From assembly GCA_046155985.1 (NCBI GenBank), contig JBJXGM010000129.1, positions 2,773-66,772 on the forward strand: 64,000 bases of DNA, written 5' to 3'. This document shows positions 8,011 through 17,440 of this stretch, piece by piece. The notes under the pieces were generated by a model, which worked only from the letters and a program-made list of their open reading frames with translations, was not told the DNA's origin and searched no databases. This stretch comes from Myxococcaceae bacterium (GTDB lineage: Bacteria; Myxococcota; Myxococcia; Myxococcales; Myxococcaceae). Numbering within the stretch: position 1 is the stretch's first letter; each line of letters opens with the position of its first letter. The position numbers and the translations under genes are program-made.

Positions 8011-11000
8011 ATGACCAGCGTTTGTGATCTCGTCGGGTTACTGAGAGAACGCGCGCAGACGAGCGGCGAGGAAAGGGCGTACGCCTTTCTGCCAGACGGA
8101 GAGCACTGCGGACAAGAGCTCACGTTTGCCGAAGTCGCAACCGCAGCGGCTGAAATCGCGGCGTCCCTGCAACAACGGGGAATGTCAGGAACATCCCTGA
8201 TTTTGGCTTTTCCCCCGGGTCTCGATTTTGTCGTCGCGTTTTGGGGATGTCTGTTCGCGGGCGCGATCCCGATACCCGCACCTTGGGTCGAGGCCACAGG
8301 AAGGCGTCGTGCAGTGAACCGCCTGGCCTCCATCGTCGCTGATGCGAATCCGCGGCACGTTCTCAGCACGACGGCCGCGAGTGAACACCTGAGCGAGGCG
8401 CTGGTGTCCGAAGCTGGGCGAGCGGTGCCGTCGGTTCTCTGCCTGGAGGATCTTGCGACGGGCGAGCCGGATCTGTGGATCGCGCCGAGCGTTGACCCAG
8501 CCGCCGTCGCCTACCTTCAGTACACCTCAGGTTCCACCCACGATCCCAAGGGCGTGCGGGTGACGCACGGGAATGTGCTCGCGAACTGCGACTTCCTGGG
8601 TCGAGTGTGCGGGTTTTCCAAGAGGAGCACCCTGGTCAACTGGGTCCCCACCTTTCATGACCAAGGACTCATCTATGGCGTGATTGAGCCCGTTTTCGCG
8701 GGATTCACCGCCGTGCACATGCCGTCGGGGGCCTTCGTGGAAAAACCGGTCCGGTGGCTCCGGGCCATTTCACGATACCGCGCGACTCACGCTGGAGGTC
8801 CCAATTTCACATATGATCTCTGTGTTCGTCGAACGACTCCCACCGAATGTGAAGGGCTCGACCTTCGGGGTTGGACCAACGCCTACAATGCGGCTGAGCC
8901 AGTTCGGGCGAGCACCCTTGACCGATTTGGCCAGGCGTTTGGCCCCTTCGGCTTTAGCCCCGATGCGTTTCAGGCCTGTTACGGGCTGGCAGAAGCCACC
9001 CTGCGTGTCGCGGCGAGTCCCTTGGGTGCAAGACCGCGCGCCGTGGCTTTCGATGCCAGCGCGCTAGAGGCAGGACGGGCTGTGGCGCTCACGCCTGGCG
9101 GTGACGGCCAAAGACAAACGGTGTTGGTGGGGCATGGACCGACCGCCTACCCAGGTCGGAACATCCTGCTCGTCGACCCCTCGACTCGCGAGGTGCTCGG
9201 TGAAGGCCAAGTCGGCGAGGTGTGGGTGTGGGGCCCCGACGTTGCCCACGGCTACCTGAATCGTCCCGAAGAGACGCGCGACGTTTTCGCGTCACAAGCG
9301 CAGGGTGACGATCGCACTTACCTCGCGACTGGCGACCTGGGGTTCTCGTATCGCGGCGAGCTCTTTCTGGTTGGACGCTTGAAGGACGTCATCATCATCC
9401 GAGGGACGAACCACGCGGCATCTGACATCGAACGCTCGATTGAGGAAAATTCGCCGGGGGTGAGGCCCGGAGCCGTCGCAGCCCTCGGGTTACCCGGTGA
9501 GGAGGGTGAGCAGCTTGTGGTGGTCGCTGAGGTAGCACGGGGCTCGGTGGGCTCAGATTTTGGAGGCACGCTACGCGCTATCCAACAGGCCGTCGTTTCT
9601 CATCACGACATCAAAGCCGAAGCGATCGTGTTGACGATCCCAGGAGCGCTGCCCAAGACCTCCAGTGGGAAACTCCAGCGTAGCCTTGCCAAGATGATGT
9701 TCTCTCGCGGGCAGTTCGAGACAATCGCGAGTGCAATGTTCAGGGAGGAAGCGAGCCCGCCTTCCATGGTACCCGTTTCGGATCTCCAGGAATGGCTCGT
9801 GAAGCGGTTGGCGGCGCAAACGGGGCTCCCTCCCAGCCAAATCGATGTTCACCGCTCGTTCTCTGAGGTCGGGCTCGACTCGCTGGGCGCAGTTGAGCTC
9901 ATGTCCGCGCTTGCCGGCCATCTGGGGCGGTCCCTTTCGGCGACATTGATTTGGGACTTCCCGACGCCGCGCGCATTGGTGGACCACCTTTCTGTGCCGC
10001 ACCGCACGGGACCGCGGCACGTTGCGACCCAAATCAGGTCTCCCGCTGAGAGCTCGGCCTCCGTGGCCATCGTTGGGATGTCTTGCCGATTCCCCGGTGC
10101 GGAGAGTCTTGAGGCCTACTGGCGCCTCTTGGAGGGTGGGGTCGACGCCATCACCGAGGTTCCTCCGGAGAGGTGGAATGCCGATGCTTACTTCAGCGCT
10201 CAGCCGGCACCTGGCAAGACCAACAGTCGCTGGGGGGGGTTCCTTCATGGCGTCGACTTGTTTGACCGCGAGTTGTTTGGCATGTCGCCCGATGCGGCCG
10301 CCTATACCGACCCACAACATCGCCTCTTGCTGGAAGTCGCCTGCGAGGCCCTGGAGGACGCCAACCTCGCGTTCCACGGTCTCAAAGGAAGTCGCACCGG
10401 CGTCTTCGTGGGAATTACTCAGTTCGACTACGGGCGTTTGGTCCTCGCCCCGAACGCAGGTTCAAGCCCGTTCGCCGCACCCGGCACAAGCCACGCGCTC
10501 GCGGCCAATCGTCTCTCCTATTTTTTCGATCTTCACGGCCCCAGCTTGGCGATCGACACGGCGTGCTCGTCATCGCTGGTCGCGCTGAAGAGTGCGTGTG
10601 CTGCCATCCAATCAGGGGCGTCGGAGTTTGCGCTTGTCGGCGGTGTGAATCTTATTTTGACACCCGAGAAGACTGTCGCGCTGAGCCAGGGCACGTTCTT
10701 GTCGCCTGACGGTCGCTGCAAGTCTTTTGATGCGAGCGCCAACGGGTACGTGCGCGGCGAGGGCGTCGGCGTGGTCGTGTTGAAATCGCTTGAACGCGCG
10801 CAGAACGATGGCGACCGGATCTACGCAGTGATTTTGGGGGTCGCTGTGAATCAAGATGGTCGGACGAACGGCCTGACCGCCCCCAATGGTCTTGCTCAGC
10901 AGCGCGTGATTCGAGAAGCCCTTGAGGCTGCGGGGGTTGCGCCGTCCGCTTTGGGCTACGTCGAGGCGCACGGGACGGGGACCTCTCTGGGAGATCCCAT

Positions 11001-14000
11001 CGAGGCTCAGGCGCTCGGCACGGTACTTGGGGAGGGTCGTTCGTCTGAGCAGCCCTGTGCGGTGGGGTCGGTGAAGTCGAACATCGGGCACCTGGAAGCT
11101 GCCGCGGGCGTGGCGGGTCTCATCAAGGTGGCGTTGTGTGTGCATCGGCGAACGAAGGTTCCCAGCCTGCATTTCCAGACGCCGAATCCGCACATCCCGT
11201 TCGAGCGTCTCAAGCTGCGGGTTCAGCAGCGCGCTGAACCCTGGGAGGAACCCTGCATCGCGGGCGTGAGTTCATTCGGCTTTGGCGGGACCAACGCGCA
11301 CGCGATCCTGCAAGGCGTTCCGTCGCTCGTGGAGGCGCCAGAGGAGGCCACGCCGGACCAGCAACCTCATTTACTGCTGCTGTCGGGCGCGAACACCCAA
11401 GCCACGAAGGAACTGGCGCAAAGGTACCTGACACATCCCGCGCTGGAGATGCCGTTGAGCGATGTCTGCTACGTCGCTGCGGCGCGTCGTTCTCACCGCT
11501 CGTACCGCATGGCGGTGTCGGGGAGGACCTCCGCCGAGATACGAGCGTCTCTCCAGCGATGGGTCGACAGCGAGCCAACCCCAGGCGTCGTCACCGGCGA
11601 CGCGCAAACCGGGTTTTCGCCGCGGTTTGGCTTTTTGTATTCAGGGCAGGCGTCGCAATACGTGGGAATGGGACGTGAGCTGTACACGACGCAGCCGGTC
11701 TTTCGCTCGGCGCTCGACCGATGCGCCGAGTTGCTGGAGGGCGTTCTTGAGAGGCCCTTGCTGGACGTCATGTTTGGTGTGGAGAGCAAAGGCCCCTCCC
11801 TCGATGACACCGCGTACACCCAGCCCGCGCTGTTCGCGATGGGCTATGCGCTGAGCGAGATGTGGGGCGCCTTCGGGATTCGCCCCCATGCGGTCATGGG
11901 CCACAGCGTTGGAGAGCTGGTGGCGGCCTGCGTGGCTGGCCTATTCGATCTCGAGGGTGGCCTTCGGCTGATCGCGGCGCGTGGCCGCTTGATGCAGTCT
12001 TTAGAACAAGGAGGCCGGATGCTCGCTGTGCGCGCTTCCGCCGAACGCCTGGCCGCTTGGCCGAAGCGCTTTCCCAGCGAGTTGTCCGTCGCCGCCTTCA
12101 ACGGGCCGCGCAGCGTTGTCCTTTCAGGGGTGGGGGCCCGCCTTGAAGAGGCAAGAATCGCATTGGAAGCCGAAGGGCTCGAGTGCAAGTACCTGAGCGT
12201 TCCCCTCGGGGCGCACTCTCCGCTGATGGATCCGATCCTGGATGCCTTCGAAGCAGACGCCGCCAAAGTCACGTACGGCACCCCTCACGCGATGATCGTC
12301 TCGAACCTCACCGGTCGAGTCGCCACGACCGAGGAGCTCTCGTCCGCCCGGTACTGGCGACGACACCTTCGGGAGCCGGTGCGGTTCAGCGAGGGGCTAA
12401 GGGCGCTGCTCGGCACCGGTTGCAACGTTCTCATCGAGATGGGGCCACACCCCACGCTTCTCGGAATCGCGCAGGCGGAAGGGCCAATTCCGGAGGTGTC
12501 TTGCCTCGCTTCCCTGCGGCGGGGAAGGCCGGACTGGGAGCAGCTGCTCGAGAGCGTGGGCACCCTATTTGTTCGGGGTGGGTCGCTTGATTGGGAGAAG
12601 TTCTACCCCAGTCATCGGCGGAAGCGCGTGGATCTCCCGCTGACGCCCTTTCGCCGGTCGCGGTGTTGGATTCCCGAGGTGGTGCCGGACCAGTCGGTGC
12701 CCGCTGAGGTTGGAACGTGGGCGAGTTGGTTGTGGCAGATGAAATGGAGCGAACGGCTGGCCCTTCCAGCGGGGACCCGCCCCAGCAAGGGGCGATGGCT
12801 GATCGTTTCATCCGCCGAAAGAAGCCGGGTCATCGGCGATGAGCTTCGCCGCATGGGTGGGACGTGTGTCTACGCGCGCCTGGGGTCGATCGCCAGGAAG
12901 GTGGATGGTGAACATTACGAATTGGACTTCCGCGATCGGGAGGCTTTTTTCGCCCTGCTGGGTGGCGCGCTGTCGAAAGAAAAATTCGAGGGGGTGATTC
13001 ATTTCTCCGAGGAAGCAGAACCGCCTTCAGCCGGCAACGCGCGTTCGACCTCCCTTGAGCTCGAGCCGCTCAGGTACGCCACGGACAGCGCGCTGTACCT
13101 GGCGCAAGCCCTGCTGGCTTCGCCGTGGATTCCGCGCCCGCGTCTGTGGGTCATGACTTGCGGCGCGCAGGCGGTCGCCGGTAGCACGGTTCGTTTGAGC
13201 CAGGCACCGACGTGGGGTTTGGCCCGCGTCATTGCGCGAGAACACCCCGAGCTTCGATGTGTGGCCATCGACCTCGACCCTCGGGATTTCGCGCGTGGTG
13301 TCGCAGCGGCCATCGCTGAACTCACCGCGGATGGGTCTACGGCCGTTGAGGACCAGAGGGCGTTCCGACAGGGCCGGTGGTACGTGCCGCGGATTCTGCC
13401 ACTGGCGCTCAGTCGGCACGCCGAAGCGTCCGTGCCTGTGGTTCACCCGGACGCGACCTATTTGGTGACGGGGGGCACTGGCGCCCTGGGCCGGGTGGTC
13501 GTGCAATCCTTCATCGAGCTCGGCGCGCGCTCATTGGCGCTCATGGCACGGAAGGATTGGGGCCCAGAGGGCGCCCAATGGCAGCGTGATCTTGAAGCCG
13601 CGGGGGTCACCCTCGAGCTTCTCCAAGGGGATGTCTCCATCGAGGAAGATGTTGCCCGCGCGCTCGCCCAAGTGAGGTGCTGGGAGCGCCCCCTGAAAGG
13701 TGTCGTGCATTGCGCAGGCGTGCTCGCCGACCGTGAACTCCAGGCGCAGGCGGCCGAGACCTGGGACCCAGTCTGGGCGCCCAAGGTCTTGGGGGCCGGG
13801 CACCTGCACACCCACACGTTGGGTGACCCGCTCGATCTGTTCGTCTTGTTTTCATCCGTCAGCTCAGTCGTTGGAACGCCCGGGCAGGCGAACTATGCCG
13901 CTGCAAGCGCGTTTTTGGATGGTTTGGCTCATTTTCGTCAATCGAAGTCGTTGCCAGCGTTAAGCATCAACTGGGGTGCGTGGGCGGAGGGAGGGCTTGG

Positions 14001-15813
14001 GGCGTCACGTGTCATGGCCGAGGGCCGGCGTGGCATCGGTCTTCGGGAAGGTGGGGAGATTTTCAAGGCATTGCTCGGGGCAGGGTCCGCTCAACCAGAG
14101 GTCATCGTATCGACCGACTGGTCGGCGTACTTTCGCGCCGGTGGTCATGCGCCAGCGGCGTTTTCGCACGTCCTGAGCAGAGCCACGGCCACCGGGGTTG
14201 AAGGTTCATCCTTCGACGCGAAGGGCGTCTCGCTGGGCTCTTTGGAGGAGGTGGAGGCGAAGTTGCTGGAGATCTGGCGTCGCGTTCTTGGCCAGCCTGA
14301 CATCGATATTGACGCGGACTTCCATCGGCTGGGCGGGGATTCCCTGACCGCCATCGAGGTGGCGTCCGCGGCCATCCGGTCCGGCGTGCCAATCACCGCG
14401 GGGATGATTGCTGACCAACCGACGATTCGTGCGCTTTCCCGATACGTGGTTGCGGAAAAGACGAGCGCGCCCGTCAGCGCGCCCGGCAGATCGGTGAGCG
14501 GGTATGCCCCCCTCCTTCCGCTGCAGCACGCCGCTCTCGGCTTCGCCTACGATGTCGTTCTTCCTCCGCGGGTCTATGAGGTGCCGCATTCGGTTGAAGC
14601 CGAGAGCGTCGAGGAAGTTGCTCAGGAACTCTGGCGCCACCACGACGCCCTTCGGAGCAGGTTCATCCGGACCGCCTGGGGGGGATGGCGGCTTTTCATC
14701 GAGCCTGTGAATGACGCCGAGCAAATTCTCCACGTGATGGACATCTCCCAACTGCCAGCCGAACAGCACGAACTTGCGGCAATGGAGCAAATGGGCCGCC
14801 TCATCCAAGCGATGAGGCCGGACGAAGGAACCGTCGCGCGGATCGCCTATTTTGATCGGGGTCCGGAGCGTTCGCGGTGGATTATTCTAGCGGTGCATCG
14901 CCTCGTGAGTGATCAGATGTCTCAAGTCATTCTTAGCCAAGATCTCGTGATGGCTCTCGACCAGGTGATTCGCGACCGACCGATTGCGCTGCCCCACAAG
15001 ACGACCGACATTCAGACGTGGGGTGAAACACTCCAGAAACTGGCCGAGGGCGCATTTGACGACGAAGTGACCTTTCTTCACGAAACGGAAGTCCCAATTG
15101 CACCGCTTTTGACCACTCTCGGTGTGGGTCAACGCACCCAGGTGGGTGACTGTGCGCTCAACGAGAGCGAGACTCACAGCCTTCGTGCGAGAGCTGGCGA
15201 AAAATGGGGATCGCAGCTTGGGGAGGTCCTCGCCGCCGCTGTGGGATTGGCGTTGTCCCGCTGGGTGGGTCTCGGGCGGGTAGGGTTTCTGTGGACAAGT
15301 CGTGGAAGAGATCATGCCCCAAGTGGAATCGACCTGAGCCGAACTGTTGGGGGACTTTGGTGTATGTGCCCGCATGTCCTCGATTTAGACCTGGACGCGG
15401 GGCCGGCAGACGCGCTCCGAGCAGTCCAGGACTCCCATCAACGGACGCCACATGGTGGACTTGGTTTCAGCACTCACTACTACGCCGGACGAACGCCAGG
15501 CCTTTCCACCAAGCTTCGGGAACATGGGGTCACGAAAGTCATCGTCAATTTCCTGGGAGACTTGGACCGTCTTGAAGAGGTTGTGCAGTCAGATGCTGCG
15601 AGGCGAATCACGTTCGGCGCCGCCTCGAGCGAGCTCAGTCCAGGGAACGAGCCCGATCGGCCGCTGGGTTTCCCTGTGCAATTGACGCTGTCCATTGCCG
15701 GTGGCTGCCTGCGAGGGAAGGTGAGGCACTTTGGGCGCGACCCACGGGCCGTCGAACAGCTGTCGACGCTACTTCTGTCTGCCGCGCGCGAGTTTATTCG
15801 CCCCGCCAAGTGA
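8011..15813 (+). CDS. hybrid PKS/NRPS megasynthase with domain order FAAL-ACP-KS-AT-KR-ACP-C
   Basis: Approximate domains:
- FAAL-type adenylation, 8011-9700 (YLQYTSGSTHDPKGV at 8521)
- ACP1, with Ser in GLDSLG at 9880
- KS, 10063-11315 (DTACSSS Cys at 10564; EAHGTGT; GHLEAAAG)
- AT, 11620-12600 (GHSVGE at 11899; downstream motif reads LGAHS rather than HAFH/YASH)
- KR plus structural subdomain, 12700-14000 (TYLVTGGTGALG at 13456)
- ACP2, with Ser in LGGDSL at 14341
- C domain, 14500-15810 (PLLPLQ; RHHDALRSRF; C3 motif VHRLVSDQMS at 14894)

The ATG at 8011 was chosen. The 80 codons upstream in the ORF track are Arg/Pro-rich and unlike a FAAL N-terminus. Confidence 0.9.
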   Translation: MTSVCDLVGLLRERAQTSGEERAYAFLPDGEHCGQELTFAEVATAAAEIAASLQQRGMSGTSLILAFPPGLDFVVAFWGCLFAGAIPIPAPWVEATGRRRAVNRLASIVADANPRHVLSTTAASEHLSEALVSEAGRAVPSVLCLEDLATGEPDLWIAPSVDPAAVAYLQYTSGSTHDPKGVRVTHGNVLANCDFLGRVCGFSKRSTLVNWVPTFHDQGLIYGVIEPVFAGFTAVHMPSGAFVEKPVRWLRAISRYRATHAGGPNFTYDLCVRRTTPTECEGLDLRGWTNAYNAAEPVRASTLDRFGQAFGPFGFSPDAFQACYGLAEATLRVAASPLGARPRAVAFDASALEAGRAVALTPGGDGQRQTVLVGHGPTAYPGRNILLVDPSTREVLGEGQVGEVWVWGPDVAHGYLNRPEETRDVFASQAQGDDRTYLATGDLGFSYRGELFLVGRLKDVIIIRGTNHAASDIERSIEENSPGVRPGAVAALGLPGEEGEQLVVVAEVARGSVGSDFGGTLRAIQQAVVSHHDIKAEAIVLTIPGALPKTSSGKLQRSLAKMMFSRGQFETIASAMFREEASPPSMVPVSDLQEWLVKRLAAQTGLPPSQIDVHRSFSEVGLDSLGAVELMSALAGHLGRSLSATLIWDFPTPRALVDHLSVPHRTGPRHVATQIRSPAESSASVAIVGMSCRFPGAESLEAYWRLLEGGVDAITEVPPERWNADAYFSAQPAPGKTNSRWGGFLHGVDLFDRELFGMSPDAAAYTDPQHRLLLEVACEALEDANLAFHGLKGSRTGVFVGITQFDYGRLVLAPNAGSSPFAAPGTSHALAANRLSYFFDLHGPSLAIDTACSSSLVALKSACAAIQSGASEFALVGGVNLILTPEKTVALSQGTFLSPDGRCKSFDASANGYVRGEGVGVVVLKSLERAQNDGDRIYAVILGVAVNQDGRTNGLTAPNGLAQQRVIREALEAAGVAPSALGYVEAHGTGTSLGDPIEAQALGTVLGEGRSSEQPCAVGSVKSNIGHLEAAAGVAGLIKVALCVHRRTKVPSLHFQTPNPHIPFERLKLRVQQRAEPWEEPCIAGVSSFGFGGTNAHAILQGVPSLVEAPEEATPDQQPHLLLLSGANTQATKELAQRYLTHPALEMPLSDVCYVAAARRSHRSYRMAVSGRTSAEIRASLQRWVDSEPTPGVVTGDAQTGFSPRFGFLYSGQASQYVGMGRELYTTQPVFRSALDRCAELLEGVLERPLLDVMFGVESKGPSLDDTAYTQPALFAMGYALSEMWGAFGIRPHAVMGHSVGELVAACVAGLFDLEGGLRLIAARGRLMQSLEQGGRMLAVRASAERLAAWPKRFPSELSVAAFNGPRSVVLSGVGARLEEARIALEAEGLECKYLSVPLGAHSPLMDPILDAFEADAAKVTYGTPHAMIVSNLTGRVATTEELSSARYWRRHLREPVRFSEGLRALLGTGCNVLIEMGPHPTLLGIAQAEGPIPEVSCLASLRRGRPDWEQLLESVGTLFVRGGSLDWEKFYPSHRRKRVDLPLTPFRRSRCWIPEVVPDQSVPAEVGTWASWLWQMKWSERLALPAGTRPSKGRWLIVSSAERSRVIGDELRRMGGTCVYARLGSIARKVDGEHYELDFRDREAFFALLGGALSKEKFEGVIHFSEEAEPPSAGNARSTSLELEPLRYATDSALYLAQALLASPWIPRPRLWVMTCGAQAVAGSTVRLSQAPTWGLARVIAREHPELRCVAIDLDPRDFARGVAAAIAELTADGSTAVEDQRAFRQGRWYVPRILPLALSRHAEASVPVVHPDATYLVTGGTGALGRVVVQSFIELGARSLALMARKDWGPEGAQWQRDLEAAGVTLELLQGDVSIEEDVARALAQVRCWERPLKGVVHCAGVLADRELQAQAAETWDPVWAPKVLGAGHLHTHTLGDPLDLFVLFSSVSSVVGTPGQANYAAASAFLDGLAHFRQSKSLPALSINWGAWAEGGLGASRVMAEGRRGIGLREGGEIFKALLGAGSAQPEVIVSTDWSAYFRAGGHAPAAFSHVLSRATATGVEGSSFDAKGVSLGSLEEVEAKLLEIWRRVLGQPDIDIDADFHRLGGDSLTAIEVASAAIRSGVPITAGMIADQPTIRALSRYVVAEKTSAPVSAPGRSVSGYAPLLPLQHAALGFAYDVVLPPRVYEVPHSVEAESVEEVAQELWRHHDALRSRFIRTAWGGWRLFIEPVNDAEQILHVMDISQLPAEQHELAAMEQMGRLIQAMRPDEGTVARIAYFDRGPERSRWIILAVHRLVSDQMSQVILSQDLVMALDQVIRDRPIALPHKTTDIQTWGETLQKLAEGAFDDEVTFLHETEVPIAPLLTTLGVGQRTQVGDCALNESETHSLRARAGEKWGSQLGEVLAAAVGLALSRWVGLGRVGFLWTSRGRDHAPSGIDLSRTVGGLWCMCPHVLDLDLDAGPADALRAVQDSHQRTPHGGLGFSTHYYAGRTPGLSTKLREHGVTKVIVNFLGDLDRLEEVVQSDAARRITFGAASSELSPGNEPDRPLGFPVQLTLSIAGGCLRGKVRHFGRDPRAVEQLSTLLLSAAREFIRPAK

Positions 15814-15856
15814 GCCGTGGTCGATTTCTCAGCTTACCCGTCCACAGGGAGAGTGG

Positions 15857-17440
15857 ATGATGGGCAGGACGCGTCGAAACCCATTCTTGAGGGAGCGTTG
15901 CGTGAGTGAAGTGCCAAAACCTGTTGTGATCACGCTTGGGGTCGCGCTGGGCGACCTCACACCGGAAGATGTTTCGCACTTTCGGGTTTGCCCTGCTTCA
16001 AACGAGGACGATCTTTTTCAACGACTGGAAAACGAAGCGGTCGTGGCGATCGTTCTGGGAGAACCCTGTGCGGGGCCGGCAGCGGTGGGGCTGCTCGAGC
16101 GCATTCGTGCTCGCCGCGCGGAGCGCGAGCCTGCCAGTATCGTTCTTGCCGGTGGGCCACAACTGAGCATCTTTCAAGAACTGGTCGACGACGACCGCAT
16201 CTTCTTCTTGAGCCAAGCCCCTTTGTCCAAAGCGGATAACCTGCTTGTCGTGCGAGGGGCGATCGCCCGGCAAAGAGAGGCGCTTGCCCCCGCCGCGCCC
16301 GTGACCGCAAGCGATGAGAGCCAGGTCGCCAAGCTGCGGCGCATTCTCGAGTTCACCGACCGGGTGATGCTGCAGCAATCGCCAAAAGCCGTGTGTGGCT
16401 TGGCCGCCCAGATGATGCCGCGGCTGCTCCAGGCCGCCCGCGCCTATTGCCTCGTCTACGACGCGTCGCACCAAACGCTTTGGACGAAGGAGGCGTCTAG
16501 CGACGATCGACGGAGCCAGAGCGCGGCCGTGGGCCTTGCCAGCTTCGTGGTGCGAACCGGCGCGTCGGTCAGTGTCAAGATCGCGGGGGAGGATCCGCGT
16601 TACGACCGAGAGGCAGATGACCCGAACGGGGTAGGGAACGAGAGCCTTCTCCTCCAGCCCGTTTTCTCGTCCGAGGGGTCGGTGATCGCTGTTCTCATTC
16701 TGGTCCGGCTGAACGAACGAGCTGCTTTCACCTCCGAAGACGGCGAAGCGCTTCGCAGGGTCGCCGAGCACCTGGAACCTGCGTTGTCGCACGTGTTGCT
16801 CAAAGCAAGCCTCGATGAGGCGTCTCGACTTCGAGCGGGAGTCGTGTTGCCGGGCGGCGCCAGGTACCGTGAGGAGGCGCGCGAGTACCACGCCTCTGGG
16901 CAGAGCGTCCCGGGCGCGGTCCTGCGAACCTCGGAGCGATGGTTCCGCTGGACGGCATGGCTGGTTCTCGCGGTTGCGCTCTCAACGCTCACTTTCGGGG
17001 GCCTTGTCCACGTGGACAGCTACGTGACCGGACCTGCGCTTGTTCGTTTGGATGCCTGTGGAGGCCGCGGTCGCGTCATTGCGCTTCTCCCTGGCCGCGC
17101 GCGGCCGCTGCTGGAACCGGGCTTGATGCTCCGTTTCGAGCTCGAGGGTTACGGGGTGCTAAAAACGGGCCCCGTCGACACTGTGTATGAGGGGTTGGTC
17201 TCGCGAGAACGCCTGCCCGAGGTGATGGGCAGCACGATGCCCGATGAATCACGCATCGGTATGGGTCCGTGGACCGTGGTCACCGCACCACTGGGTGCTC
17301 CTGGATTTCGCCATGGCCCCCGCAATCTCGAAGTCGTTGACGGCATGAACGGGAATGTGCAGGTTCGAGTAGGCACAGAGACTCTGCTGCAATCGATGCT
17401 GCCTCGCCTGTCCTCTTGGCTTGAGCGTGGCCATGGATGA
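15857..17440 (+). CDS. HlyD-like bacteriocin-export adaptor with a cytoplasmic N-terminal extension containing a GAF domain
   Basis: The GAF-like segment spans about 16320-16800 (LRRILEFTDRVMLQQ … AVLILVRLNERAAFTSEDGEALRRVAEHL). A single TM segment (WFRWTAWLVLAVALSTLTFGGLV) lies at 16940-17008. It is followed by a short periplasmic beta-rich domain, as in NHLP/bacteriocin-type HlyD proteins. The stop overlaps the lanT start. Confidence 0.7.
   Translation: MMGRTRRNPFLRERCVSEVPKPVVITLGVALGDLTPEDVSHFRVCPASNEDDLFQRLENEAVVAIVLGEPCAGPAAVGLLERIRARRAEREPASIVLAGGPQLSIFQELVDDDRIFFLSQAPLSKADNLLVVRGAIARQREALAPAAPVTASDESQVAKLRRILEFTDRVMLQQSPKAVCGLAAQMMPRLLQAARAYCLVYDASHQTLWTKEASSDDRRSQSAAVGLASFVVRTGASVSVKIAGEDPRYDREADDPNGVGNESLLLQPVFSSEGSVIAVLILVRLNERAAFTSEDGEALRRVAEHLEPALSHVLLKASLDEASRLRAGVVLPGGARYREEAREYHASGQSVPGAVLRTSERWFRWTAWLVLAVALSTLTFGGLVHVDSYVTGPALVRLDACGGRGRVIALLPGRARPLLEPGLMLRFELEGYGVLKTGPVDTVYEGLVSRERLPEVMGSTMPDESRIGMGPWTVVTAPLGAPGFRHGPRNLEVVDGMNGNVQVRVGTETLLQSMLPRLSSWLERGHG

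Noticed and set aside
9571-11193. Long minus-strand ORFs (268 aa and 193 aa) inside the PKS gene.
   Set aside because: They are antisense shadows of a gene with unambiguous KS motifs on the + strand. Their translations are Arg/Gly/Pro-rich.
8011-15813. Interpretation of the megasynthase as an olefin-synthase (Ols)-type enzyme.
   Set aside because: Ols-type enzymes end in sulfotransferase and thioesterase domains. Here the terminus is a condensation domain, and neither an ST nor a TE domain is present.
15998-16891. A 297-aa minus-strand ORF.
   Set aside because: It is antisense to the GAF/HlyD-like gene, which is start-stop coupled into the lan operon. No motifs were seen.
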